DNA of 64,000 nucleotides from Balanoglossus misakiensis (Eukaryota > Animalia > Hemichordata), in assembly GCA_040954595.2 (NCBI GenBank), contig CM082589.2, positions 2,724,075-2,788,074 on the forward strand. The letters run 5' to 3'. The notes beneath the pieces were generated by a model. It was not told where the DNA came from, made no database searches, and worked only from the letters and a program-made list of their open reading frames with translations. Position 1 is the first letter of the stretch, and each line of letters begins with the position of its first letter. The position numbers and the translations under genes were made by a program. This document shows positions 1 through 14,115 of the stretch, piece after piece.

Positions 1-107
1 GAGAGTGTGTGAAATTATCTAATCTGTACTATGCAAGATTTCATCATCACCTATGAATACAAATCTCCACACTGTTCAGAGTCCTTTTGAGATGTGTACA
101 TAATTAC

Positions 108-3100
108 CTCTTCACAAATTGATGACAACGTCACACCTTCTTTGCCCATTCTTTCCTTCACAAAGTCGATCGTTTCTTGACTACTCAAAACGTTCCTGCA
201 AGAGAGAGACAACGGGGGTTACATCATTTCTAGAAATGCCTCATTCTGTGGCATGACATACAATGTAAGTGCAATCAATATTTGAACAGGTGTGATACAA
301 CTGCAGACAACCAACAATGAACGTCACTCACCAAATTCCATCACAGGCCACCACAATGAATTCGTCCTCAGGAGTAAGTGTAATGGTCTGAATGTCGGGA
401 AATGCTGAAATCATCTGCTCGTCTGCAGCAAGCTCTTTGTTCTGTTTGTAACAATGATCGCCTGACAATGAAAAAATTAAATGGCATCAGGAGTGATACC
501 CCCTGGGTGTTTACCACCAGTTTTGGCTAAGGTTATAGATGTAGCCAGGGCTGTAAGTGAGCACAGGGGGTGACTGTCCATGAAACATTCCCACATACCT
601 ATTGCCCTGGACAGATTAAGACCACCATTGACTCTGCCATCCGAGGTGACTTTCCCGCCCGCCTTCTCGATCCGAAGCCTCTCCGGTTCGTCTTCCGGTT
701 TGTGGTCGAGGGACATGTCGATGGCTTTCCCACTCCGTGAAACGATGCACCTGGAATCGCCGGCGTTTGCCACGATGAGCTGGTTGCCGCGCATGAGTGC
801 CACGGTCGCCGTGCATCCACTATCGCTGCCGGGCTGTAGAGATTAAGAACGTAGACATCAGTGTACATACATAACCATCAATCAAAATTATGATCATCCG
901 CGTATGTATTGTAAACTCAAACAAGAAATTTCCAGTACTCACTTCCTCCTTGTCTGAAAGACCCATAATTCCTTTCACAGCACCACCACTCTCCTCCTCC
1001 TCCTCCTCATCTCCACATCCTTCATCTTCATCATCATCGTCGTCATCTTCATCGTCGTCATCTTCATCATCATCAGATTCTTCAGATTCATCATCCTCAT
1101 CTTTGTCCTCATTTTCATCTTTGTAATCATCGTCATCATCCTCTTCCTCATCCTCCTCAACTAAGAACACAGAAAATGGTCAGAAGACAACAAAACACCA
1201 TGAGGCTCTCATTGTGTTCCTCATAACACACGTCATTTATCTAAATTTTGATTTTAATATTTCTATTTATATCACTCACCAGCATCACCATTTCCTAATC
1301 CTGATTGTCCTGCTACAATTTCCTCTGGCTTTTCAGCCGACTCTTTTGAACCCGTGGAAACCCCATTGGCATCACCATTCCCCGAGAGTGCAGTTTTACC
1401 GTTACATTTTTTCGCCTCACTGTCGGCAACGTCCGATTGGTCACAGTCTGATTTTGTCTGTTTACTGTCACTTTCCTCAGTGTGCGTCTGTTTGTGGTTG
1501 CTCTCCTCCGAGATCTGATCTTTTGTTTTTTGACCGCTGGATTCAGTGTCTTTGTCGCTGTCCTTTCCACTGGCAAGTGCCTCCTTGCTCAGGGGGTTTA
1601 GTCGGCTCTGACTTTTCCGAATGACCGGTGACAGAAGATCTTCTTGGTTGACTTTCTTCCGGAGGGCCTTGGTGTTGGCCTGTTCTTTGAGTTGGTAGCC
1701 ATATTTGGCTAAGAGTTCTGTGAGTGGTAATGTGGCCTCTTCTGTCAGCTTTGTTGTTTCTTCATCTGTGAAAGAAAATAAATTGTTAGGAACCTAAAAA
1801 AATTTGAGCAGAGTTTCACACTAAACATGCGTTCTTTTTCATTTTTTTAATGTGGTCAACACTTCTCTCATCTAATTCGTGTTTCCGACCTAAACCCTTC
1901 CCCGGCTACAGAGACAAGACAGAAATCCACCAACCATCATTGTCTGCTGCGTCTGGCTCTTGCATAGTTCCGGAAATTTGCCGGAGTTCTCGGATGATGT
2001 CTGTCTGAGTCAACGTTGCATCGAATTCCATGAAGGCCTCCTCCAGTCCCTTTCCCAGGTCGCCCGCTTTGTACGACTTGGTGTTTTTGATGAAGTCCGG
2101 CAAATGCTGGGCGCAGTAGATGGCAACTTCAGCACCTGTTGAAGGAGAAGCATGGATAATTGTTTCAGCTCTTCACCTAAAAAAATTCTAGCTTGTCACA
2201 AGATGGCGCTGTTTACAACAGTTATTAACCCAGTATTACTAACAAACGAAATTTTATCTGTACTTATATGTTCTTACTGACGAGAAAAACTGTGTTCGAG
2301 AAACCTACCACCATGCCCATCATATACACCAAACATGGCTGTTTGATCGTCCAGATTTGAAATACAGTTGTGTGCATCCTGTGAACAGAAGAGAGAGAGA
2401 GAGAACAGTTAATTAATCAATTAATCACTTATTATTTATTCAATGCTAGAATGCGTAAACATGCACAATGTTACACTGCCTGATGAAATCTGGTCATTAC
2501 AGGTCACCTGAAGGTCGAGAGTCCATAATTATATACAAGAGTATGAGTGTGACCTTCACATTTTGACCCATTCTCGCAAGTCTGTGACAGATTTAGAAAT
2601 TGCCAATTATTTCTCTCAGCAGACATTGAACATCTCATCCAATTACTGCCAACAGAGTACCCAATATCATGTGACATGCACACAAGCCATGGCTGGGGTC
2701 AACCAGATATCCAATTGCAAATTTTAACCATGGAATTTAATTAATGCCACTGAAATAGCTACAAAGGTGTCCTAAAAGCATTGCTAATTTGTGAGCGCTA
2801 ACCCAATATAATCCATCTGCATTTGGGGCAACAAAGTGCAACACACAATGCTTGTAAACAGACGTAACCTTGACCTGAAAATGTGAGTTGACATCAATAT
2901 CGACGACTACTGCACCATGCTCCCGTTTCCTGCAGCCAGTGTTCCTAATTCTGAGACAAAATGACACCCCCCCCCCCCCCAACCAAGTTCTTGACGTCAC
3001 CATGACACCAGACCAAACAGGGGTCTCCTCACTGAAATATGACATCATTATCATGGCGGCAGAGCAGCTGGCCTTCCTGTCATTATCGTCCGATTCGAGG

Positions 3101-3772
3101 CTTTGTGATCCTGTTTATCCCTTTTGTAATAGACAGATCGACCCTGTCCAGCCACAATTACGCAATTCGCCCTTTATTGTGGATAAATAGCACTTCCCTA
3201 TCACAACCGTCAAAATGGCGGTCGTAGAGTGGTTTGTTTATATCAGATTTCCGAATCTATATGTCTATCTATAGATTTGGACACATTTGCCCCGAGAATG
3301 AGCTGCCTCTCACTCGACTTGTTGATCATGATAAAACAGAAAATACAATGGCGATCTGTGATGTTGTGACGTGGTCACAACTTCACCGACAACCAGCAGC
3401 TGCAGTGTTCGGGCGATAACGCAACACGTGTGCCGTATCGCGTACACAGTTATGTCACAAACAGTTTGACAAGCGTATGGCTTCCAGAGAATTCACAATT
3501 CAAACGGTGACGTGCTCACGACAGTAAGCTTCGGGACGAATCCCTAGTAATAAATGTGTCAAGGTTTCAAGCTGCGTGTTCACCGATCTCGACAAATCGA
3601 GAACAAAGCTGTTTTCTAAAATGCCGGTAGCGCGTCGCGTCTACGTCTATGATCATCTCACCTCCATATAGTATCGCCAACCCTGCATCGCCGACGCTCC
3701 ATAATCGAATATTTCTGTCGTTCCGTTCTCCGAAGTCTTGTCCGTCACGGGGCTGGATAAATAGGCACCCAT
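108..3772 (-). CDS. PPM1G: Protein phosphatase 1G (PP2C-gamma), multi-exon, 3' end outside the window
   Basis: Exon 1 (3662-3772) reads [12 protein letters not shown]...[13 protein letters not shown]. Later exons give [15 protein letters not shown], a long acidic insert (~943-1161), [42 protein letters not shown] and [12 protein letters not shown]. All have GT-AG boundaries. Confidence 0.95.
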
Positions 3773-4371
3773 TGTGATTGAAGATGTGATTTCAAAACTG
3801 TCAAATTTCGGTCAATTCCTTCGATCTTGGCGTCGGTGATCAGTTCTCAGCTAACCACGTGTGTACTCTCTTCGTCTTTTATTCTTTTCCGCCGTTGAGC
3901 TTATTGGATCATGTGACTGACGTGACGTCATGGGCAGTGTCATCAAAATTTGTCGAGTCAGACAGCCCCACCTTGTAAATACGCTTTTATTTTAAGACCC
4001 AAACGTAATTATTCAGTCATAAAATTCACGGTAAAGTCCATTATTAGTGTTGCTGAAAGTAATAGACACATTAACATTGCTGTACTCTCGAGGTCACCTC
4101 AAGAGGGCGCATTGAGAGGTGAATGAACTTACATTCGCACTGGAAAATCGTTATCAGTCACAACATAAGGTATTTACCTTGGCACTGTTATCATTTTTAC
4201 GATTATCTTCTATCGTCAGAGTTGTGGGGAATGTCACAATGTTTCGTGCAAGGCTTTGAGGGGGCCTGTACTAGTCGTGGATCTAGATTTTGAAAAACAA
4301 CAACGACAACAACCAAAACACTCACACACAAAACCATCGTCAAAATATTTTATTGTCACCCCATAGGCCTA

Positions 4372-7300
4372 TCATTTTACTGGATAACTTCCTTCTTTGA
4401 GATTCTGATCAATATCACCTTCTTCCAATTCATTTGGGGCATCGCCTAAAGAAAACTTAACGACAGACGGCGATCTTGTAACACCAGCGGGACTTAAATC
4501 CGTACTAGTAATCTCAGGTGTGTTTTCCGGAGAGTAGTGGACACTATTGGCAAGTAGGGCTTGTGAGCTCCTCTTCTGTTCCCTAAAAGACAATAAACAT
4601 TATTCAACCGTGAAAATGTGCAGTCTGTTTTTGGTCCACCCTCCCCAGGAAAACATAGCAAGGAACGAACAACAACCCCTTCAAAGCAAATTAAACAACG
4701 AAGGAATGCCAGCGACAGAAAAAAAAGTTTCTTCAATTTCAAACGTTACCTGATTGCATTTAACTTGTCTGTAGTCTCCGAGCGCCTCATTTCAGTGATG
4801 GGGTAAAACCACAGAACAATTAAACCGAAACACAAAATGAAAACGGATACCCATGACACAAGGATCCTGAGTGTCATGGCAACCGAATCTGGTTGTTCAC
4901 ATGCGCCATTCTTATATCCCGCAAACCTGGAATGAAAACGAAGAGAATGTTTTCTGTTTCGCAATGCACAACGTTAACCTTATGTCCATTCGCTATAATT
5001 TTAACCAGATTTTAACTAGAGGGTGTAAGAATGAACTTACTCGAGGACCAATGCTGACACTCCCAATGCAATCCCAACGGCGAGTTTTGTGAAAAAGACG
5101 TAAAATGAATAAAACAGTGCCTCTTTTCTGGTTCCAGTTTTCACGGTAAAATCGTCTATAACATCGGGAACCATAGACCTTTGTTGGGAAAAATCAAAAC
5201 AATTATATTTCATGTTGATGAGAGGAATTAAATTAAATTAAATTAAAATAAATTATTCATATCAAATCAATTTAAATCAAATCATCAATCATAAACCTTA
5301 CCACAGGCAAAGGTAAACACCGAGAGCGCTTCCGAACATAACACAGAAGACGTAAATAAGGACTACATTCCCAGGAATAAAGAATAGACCAGACATGGGT
5401 ACGATCATGATCTGCAGAAACATGACATAAGCTGAAGTCAATACTAAATCATAAGTAAATATGTGTAGCATAGTAAGTTATCCTGAATTTGCTTTCGCAA
5501 ACTTATCCTCGTGTGGAATGTGCGCTGCGCCAAAGTAAAATTTTTGATTTCTTACTATCATTCCTACTCCTAGAGGTAGCTTCTTTCCCCATCTTTTTAT
5601 TGCTAGCTGCCATAACGGTAAAAACACCAACATCGCTGTCTGCAATGAAGGCAATGGAAAAGTAATGCCGTTATGTGTATTATTACAATTGGTGAATTTA
5701 TTTAAAATCTGGTTGCAAACAAAACAAAACAAAGACCACTTACCAGAAGAACCATAAGCGCAAGCTGAAAATTATCATACTCAAGCGCCAATAAAAGGTA
5801 CAAAGCCAAATTTCCCTGGACTATCTGAAATAGTGGTAAACAAATAATAAAATTCCTAAAAATATTTGCAAGTATCTAGAAAGACTACTTTATGTGTTCA
5901 ACCTCATTAATATGTTTTTACAAATCAAAATGTCGGTGATATCACTGCATGTCAAAAGTCTTACCTGTAATGATAGAGAAACGCATAGGTAGCACAAGAG
6001 TAGCAAAACATATGGTCGGTGACTGAAAACTTCCTTTAAGCTGCTGAAAAACGCCTTTGTCTCCGTGTGGTGGTCTATGGCATCGTCTGAAACAGAAAAT
6101 GTCAGACCCCGGATGTCGAACCCGCACGTACAGTACACGTACTTTCAACAACGAAGGTGGCTTCGCTCCAATTATGTCAAACCATTATGCACACATTATC
6201 CGTCAAAAGTAAACAACCTACCTTTCATTTCTGACGTTCCTATGATAAGAAACAGGCAAGAAACGATAACGATAACGCAGACGGTACCTGCGCACAGCAT
6301 GAATGCAATTTCCTATAAGTAAAACAAAGTGGTCGATGTTGAGAGGAAATCTGACTTGCCCTCAACTCAGTTGGTAGATTGTATTGCAACAGAGTTTGGT
6401 AATTTTACCACATTGTGATAATTAGTTTCTCGGTTGTTACGTCTTCACACTATTGGCTACGTGCTGCAACGTAGTAAAATGACTCTTTCCTCTTAGCGTA
6501 AATCGAGTAAAAAAAGCAAATACCATCGAATGTCTCTCCTCGGGGGCTAGAGTAGGGACATCTGCGCTATTGTTTGTTGCGCAAGGGTCGTCTCCAGTGT
6601 ATCTACCAACTGTAAGATAGGCGGCCATGAGCGCCACACCAAGCACAGCTCCGAATACTTCGAAGACCAGACCTGAGTGATTAAGAACAGAAAACTTACC
6701 TTAAACAATGTGACTCGCACGTTACCAGGAAGAGAACGATGCTTATAAAGACTCATGCGACAATTTGGTGGGGGGAAATTATTGGTATTTCTGCAAGCAG
6801 TACTTACGATATGCAGTTGCGGAATCCCTGTCCCCTGGCTGATCACTTAGATACATTGTCAAGGATGTATATGGCAGATAATTGCACTGAAAAATAAATA
6901 TCTCATTCAACACGCATTTCTAGCCAATGCTTTGAGTGTAGCTCGTAGAACTTATGTCCCTTGAAAGGCCCAACAAAAATATTTTTGAGCAAAGTCTATA
7001 CATGTAGTACCATGACAACATACCGTGAGAAAAGTCATGAATGCGCAATAGATGATAAGATAGTAGGCCATCTTTGCCTCGGCGCTTATATCGGGAACAT
7101 ACCACAAAAGGAAATAAGTAATTGCACAAAACGGCGTTGATATTACGATCCTGTCAATTAAAAAAATCACTTTATACATAGATGCTTTAAATGACGTCAA
7201 AATGCCAAAGTAAAACATTCACAGTATGAGCCAAATCATCTATGTTACTCAAGCAGCTATGAAGTTTATACAGTTGTGTTTTCAACACTGTATATAGGGC

Positions 7301-7981
7301 CTAGCTTTATACAAGTACATAAGTCTTTACCATGGTTTCATTTTCCCGAACCTTGTCTCTGTCTTCTGCACCAGGATGCCTACAGTAGGATCGGTGACTG
7401 CATCCCAGGCTTTACCACTGAAGACGATTATACTGGCGTATAAGGGGCGGATCTGTCAAATGGAAGACATACGAAGTTCAATTTGGTTGTCGAAATTGTC
7501 ATCTGATGTTTCTCTATACATTTGGACACAGGTGGTATCAGTTTGGCCAATAGAAAGCATTGATTCAACCAAGACAACAACAACAACAACAACAACAATT
7601 GCTACTAACCATTGCCACCTCAAGTAAGAACAAAGAGATATAGAAGGCTATCAAATTAGATGTCATGGGATAAGGTATGCCACCGATTCCATAACACACT
7701 TTGCTGCGTGTCTTCAAACGTCTTGTGTCTCCCAGCACTTCTGTCCCTGTGGTTGGTCCAAGCAAATGCTGTTTCTGTTAGCGGGTAGAATTCAAGCCCA
7801 TGAAAATCTCTAATACACGAAAATATATTGAAATATTGTTCGAAGTTCTGCTTTGGTTACGGTAGGACAAAATTCACGCATCAGGGTCAAGGCTTCTGAC
7901 TATTGTTCTGGATATATAGCTTACCTCCCCTGGGGCCGTCGGCTCGGGCGAGTATTCTGCGGTAACTGTGTCCTCACCCAT
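4372..7981 (-). CDS. MFSD2-like (MelB/GPH family) lysolipid transporter, copy A
   Basis: Spliced exons read MGEDTVTAEYSPEPTAPGE|KQHLL..KVCYGIGGIPY..AWDAVTDPTVG..FGKMKPW..YFLLWYVP..RDSATAYR..SMVPDVIDDF..FYSFYVFFTK..YPITE. These match MFSD2A/B family motifs. Confidence 0.88.
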
Positions 7982-9791
7982 TTTGTCCTCCTGGAAGAAC
8001 ATAGTTGGGTATTTTCTCGTTCGGAACTTCACTGTCACTTTATGGTAAAACCACATATGCCCGGGTCGAGAACTCTAAGTCACCGTGAAAAGGGGGGTGC
8101 CACGTGCAGCCATACTATCATAAGGCCATCACAAAGTCAGCATAACCGTTTCACCCCACATTTCAGTTGTACGGAATTCTGACATCCCTAGACGTATAGA
8201 CAATAATCAATGTGGTAAATAAGGGTGGTGTCAAAACTGACATTTGAACTGCAGTACGTTCTGCCGATGAATTTAGGACACAGTTCAATGTCAAACTGGG
8301 ACTTTGGTATTCACAGTGAGCTACTGTGTTGACATATTGTCCTGACGAATACGGCCTAAATAGGTTATCATCGTATTGGTAGCCTATGTGCTTGTTTGTC
8401 GCCACCTTTGGTATTTGGTCAACGGACTTATGGATTTACCATTTATGTCTACCCCACACGTCACACATTTCTAGGTTTCGATGGTCAGCCACAACAGCCA
8501 GCCTTCGGTTTTTGACAGTTTTGGGGGCGTCAATCAACAACATTGTTTGGCGTTAAAACGCAGTGTCACCATATGCAACAAAGCTCATCACCACTGCCAG
8601 TGGTTTTCGGAAAAGATATCGTATTCACACACGACAACAACTAATAAAGTCAGGCGACATGACCAGCACTATTAAAGCTCCCGTTCCAGATCACGTTAAA
8701 TATAGCCCACATGTATTTACATCTCGCGCCTATCACATGGTGCCAATAAAACTCGTCAGCCATATGAAAAAAACACGATTTCAGTCGATCTTTTGACGTG
8801 TTCTGCAAATGATCATGTCAATCCCCCCAGTTGCCCTAGCCTGTGTGCTAGATTGACAACTGAGGAACGGAGATTGAAAAACCCTACCTTTAGGACTGCC
8901 TATTGGTAGTAGCAGTGCGCTAGAGGTTTCCAGTCAATGGTTGTTGTTCGAGGCTTTGGTATAATGACCTTGCTGTTACCCTGGCCCACCCTTACAGCGC
9001 CACCACGCCCAATACGCCCAATACTATGCGTATAGTGTACATATGGTAAATAGTCGTCTCGGTCGTCTAAGCCAAAAAAGCGAGACAGCCAGTGGCACAG
9101 CAGAATGTTTTTGGATACAGGGTGACCCAAATTCTTCAATCATATGTGAACTGTGTACTGATTGTCACTAATACCTATTCAAAGACAACAGTCACACCTG
9201 TTTAAAACTGATATGTCATTTTATTGTCTTAAAGTAAAAATTTAAAAATCACACCTTTTTCCCACCCCTTTTGATAGATAACTAAACTTACACCCAAACA
9301 GTAAATGTGTCTTTGATAAGACTGCCTTGTGAATCAAAGTTGACTATACTATATCGTTGGAAGACTTCCGGTTCAAAACCACCAATCTTTCAAATTTTGC
9401 CAGGAATTTTATTGTCAATAAATAATCACTTGTTCTACCGAATGACTTAAAGCATTAAAGCACACTTTTCATTGTCCATGTAAATTTCCGATAAAAAAAA
9501 CTGACATGAGGTATTCTGAGTTTGTGACTGACATCAGTAAACCTTTGAAAATCATCATATTGTGAAGACCTTTGACACTGGAAAACATCTTTCTTGTATT
9601 TCCCGAATAACCGAAAATTTGCTGCCCACCAAACGAGTATACTTGCATTGTACTCAAAATGAGAAAACAATCCCTCCAGTCAGTACCTCAAATTTAACAC
9701 ACGATTAAGGCACTGTTGTAAATGTTACGGCAAATGAATATTTCATGAGTAACAATAATGTGGGAGACATGTAGTCCCCAAAAGAACGTCA

Positions 9792-12700
9792 TTATTTCAT
9801 ATTCTGGTATATCTCATCTTCTTCAATTTCCTTTGGAGCATCGCCTAACGTAAACCTAATAGTAGACGGCGATCTTGTAACACCGGAAGGACTTAACGGT
9901 GGGCTTTCTGGGCCGGGTGACTTTTCTGGAGAGTAGAGTACGCCTCCTCCAAGAGCTAGAGAGCTTCTCCTCCTTTCCCTAAAAAGGCAAGGTAAATTCT
10001 TCAATCATCATCATCATCATGCCAATGGTGTTTGCTTACAATGGACTGTTTTCCGTTCATTGCGAGATCTCGCGAGATTTGGTTAATTACAACAGCATCA
10101 AGTCGAGATTTCAATGAAACCAGAATAGGTAAAGACGCATCACTTAATTAATCACCAAATATTACCTGATCGCTGCTAATTTTGTTCTTGTCTCCGAGCG
10201 TCTCATTTCAGTGATTGGGTAAAACCATAGAAACACTAATGCAAGAAGTAAAAGGACTACAGGCGTCCACGAGACGAGGATTCTGAGTGCCAATTCGACC
10301 TGTTCTGGTTGTTGGCATGCACCGCTCTTATACCCTGTAAACCTAGAAAAAACATGAAGACATATTTTTTAAGTTATGCTGCTATCATCTTATGCTTCAG
10401 TGGTTGTAATATAGAAATACCTAGATGCAAAATGTCGGACGAAAATTACATTGTAAACTGACTCGATAAAATTATAAACACGTTTCGTCGATTTTGAAAG
10501 CGACCTAATGATGTAGAGAGCTTACTCGAGGACCAATGCCGACACTCCCAATGCAATCCCAACGGCGAATTTTGTGAAGAAGACATAAAATGAATAAAAT
10601 AACGCCTCTTTCCTGGTTCCAGTTTTCACGGTAAAATCGTCTATAACATCGGGAATCATGGACCTTCGGTTCAAAGAAAGTAACAAAATACATTATTTGT
10701 TGACAGAAGTAGAGTGCGAGAATACGAGTATCTGCAAAACGACGCGTGCTGCCTTTCCACAATAAACAAAAAAGCCAAGCAGGGGTGAAACCTTACCATG
10801 GACAAAGGTACGCAATACCAAGAGCAGCTCCAGACAGAACACAAAAACAATAAATGACAACTTCATCGCCAGGAATAAAGAATAAACATGCCAGTAACGG
10901 CATCATCACCTGCAAGAACAGACGCACGCATGTTCAACAAAATATCAAATCATTAGCAAAAATACCAGTGAAACGGGAATTATTGTCGCTTTTGAAAACG
11001 TGTGTCTTATTATGCTATCACCAAGGATATTCCGAATGTCTTACAATGATTCCCACGGCTAAAGTTGGTTTCTTTCCAAATCTTCGTATACATAGTTGCC
11101 ACAAAGGTAAAGCTATCAGCGTCGTTGTCTGAAATAAAAAAGGTAGTGGCATGGTTACTATGTCATCTGTCAGATTGCTTGATATCTGCTGGTCAATACA
11201 ATACAATACGATACAATAATACGATACAATCCAATACACTTACAGGATAAATGTAAGTTTACTTACCAGCAGAACCATGAGTGCCAGCTGAAAATTGTCA
11301 TACTCCAGGGCGAGCAGAAAGTATAAAGCTAAATTTCCTTGGACAATCTAAAACAATACGAATTTAGTAGGTTTTAGAATACATATACTTGCATTTCGGT
11401 CCAAAGCAATGTTCAGAATGCAGCAATTAATACCTCCCCCACATAATGTAAATATCTAAAATACAAAATTGCAGCCGCCATTATAAAATAATAAAACAAA
11501 ATCTCATACCTGTAATGACAGAGAGATGCAGAGAAAGCACAAGAGAAGTAAAATGTATGGTCCATGACTGAAGACTTCCTTTAGGCTTTTGTAGAAACCC
11601 TCTGTCTCCGAATCGTGGTCGATTGCATCATCTGAAAAGAGAACAAGAAAATATGACATCAAATTTGCATGTGGATTGTCCTGGAACTGATCAACAGATC
11701 CGTCTCGAACCCACGACAGAGAAAAAGACCAAATTATCTTTACCTTGTCTTTCTGATGTTCCCAGGGTAACAAACAAGCAACATATGACAAAGACGATGC
11801 AGATGGTACCCGCGCCCAACGAGAATGCAATTTCCTACAAGTAAACAAAAGCACGTGTTACTTATTCATATAATAAACAGATCCGGGGCACTCGAATGTC
11901 GAATCGCACAGACGTGGCAAATTCAAAATAACATCTGCATTTCAATTGAACCTTTCTTGCGTTCGTTCATATGGAAGATGGACAAAAGTTTAAAACAGCG
12001 ATTATAACAGGTACCATAGGGTGTTTTTCGCCCGGAGCCAGGGTAGGGATGATTGTAGCATTGTCGATTGCACAGGGGTCATCTCCGCCGACACTGGCGA
12101 CTGTAAGATAGGCAGCCATGAGTGCAACACCCAGCACTAACCCGAATACTTCAAAGGTCATACCTGAGTGATTTAAAACAAGAAAAACAAATAGTAGTAG
12201 GCATATTTTAACTGTATACATTCATCAAATCAAATGGAAACATAGTTGTACTTACGGTATGCCGTTGCGGAGTCTCTGTCTGATTGCTGATCACTCAGAT
12301 ACATTGTCATGGCTGCATATGGCAGATGATAGCACTGAAAAATAAACCCGTCTTGATTCAATTTCGCATAACTATAACTTTTTTAAAAAAGTCCTGAACA
12401 TCGCTATAATGAACCTTTCGCGTGTTATCACATCCTGTCCAGACGCATCAGTTGGTGAAAGTCGGGTTGCAGTCGCATAAGAGCGCAAAAGATGCAAGGA
12501 GTGGTAAATTCCCAACCAATACATTTGACCTAACAATGACTTATGAAAACCGTTCCCTTTATAATATTCATACACACTTGCATACAAGCAAACATACATT
12601 ACACATAAATAAGATAAATAACAACAATACCGTGAGGAAAGTCTGATATGCACAATAGATGACCAGATAATAGGCAACCTTTGAATTGGAGCTTATGTCA

Positions 12701-14115
12701 GGAACATACCACAAAAAGAAAAATGCTAGAACGGCAAACGGCGTTGACATCACCATCCTGTAAGAGACCAATGTTATGAATTTTAAGAACGATGTAAACC
12801 GACATATTTTATAAATCATACGACAACGTTTGCATGCAAATATAGATCAAAATCAAATGAGAGACCCAAGATGGCGACTTCAAAGAAAATGTCGAGTCGT
12901 GCCACTATAGCATAATGGAAATTAAAATGTTCGTTACCATGGCTTCATTTTTCCGAATCTTGTGTTTGTTTTCTGGACAAGGATGCCTACAGTAGGATCG
13001 GTGACGGCATCCCACGCTCTACCAGAGAATACGATGATACTGGCGTACGCAGGACGGATCTGTGAACGGGGTACATGTGACACACTCAGTTTGGATTTTT
13101 CACTCTGTCAATTACGTGAGTTTGTACACATACTGTATATCAGAAGTTTACAGATAACCTTGTATTGGATACATCGTTTTGATATACAATTATAGTCCTT
13201 GCATTGCTAACATTGTCAACCTGTCCGTCTGTCTGTCTAGATCTGTCTCTGCCACACCTACAAGTACAGTGCCACTAACCTGTGCAACTTCAAGTAAGAA
13301 CAAAGATATATAGAAGGCTATCACATTGGACGTCATGGGATAAGGCATACTACCAATTCCATAAAACACTTTGCTGCGTGTCTTCAAAGGTTCTGATTCA
13401 AACACCGTTTCCGTTGCCAGCAAAGGCTGTTTCTGTTAATCGATCGGGAGGAAAAAACTATTATGACTCTTCTTAAAATAAGATAAAGGGGAAGGCACGT
13501 GAGGTTGCATTTTTGTTCTAAACTACTAGACAACTGTTTTTCATCGCTGGTGCAAAGTATTAAACGATTCGTCATATCAGAGGGTCATAGGTACACCTGT
13601 AATGAGGCCAGAAACCAACTTTATGCGATAATGAATGACATATGAAGTTGTTTCAGTTAAGTTAACTTAACCCTACTTTTTGACCTGAATCGCTTTATCA
13701 TTGTTGTGTATCTCAGCCGTTGATGGGGGAAATAAGTGTGGATATATGGCACGTATTATCTGTTTTTTTTGTTTTGTTCAAGTGTTTTTTCTACATGCGG
13801 ACGACACTGCATCCAATTGCAAGGAATAAGTGTCGCTATTCATCGAGAGAACATTTGTGAACAGAAAGATAATGTGACCAAAACTATATTTACATCGTGT
13901 GTGCAAAAAATAATAGTGGAAGCTATAAAACTATTATAAATAACAGCGGGCAGCGTATTTATCGTTATTTTCTGATATTGAGTTGAAAATATTCACAGAA
14001 ATTGTCTGGTCTCTTGCAGGACTCTTGAAAGTAAGCAAAACATGAACAAATAGCTTACCTCTGTTGATTTCCTCGACTCGGGCAAGCCCCCGTTTTCAAC
14101 AATGTCGCCATCCAT
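9792..14115 (-). CDS. MFSD2-like transporter, copy B
   Basis: Same exon structure as copy A: MDGDIVENGG..STE|KQPLL..AWDAVTDPTVG..CYHLPYAAMTMY..RDSATAYRMTFEVFG..FYVFFTKFAVG. Stop at 9792. Confidence 0.88.

Noticed and set aside
820-1170. Extreme Asp/Glu-rich ORF and the poly-Ser antisense ORF
   Set aside because: This is the known acidic insert of PPM1G, and the antisense ORF is its shadow.
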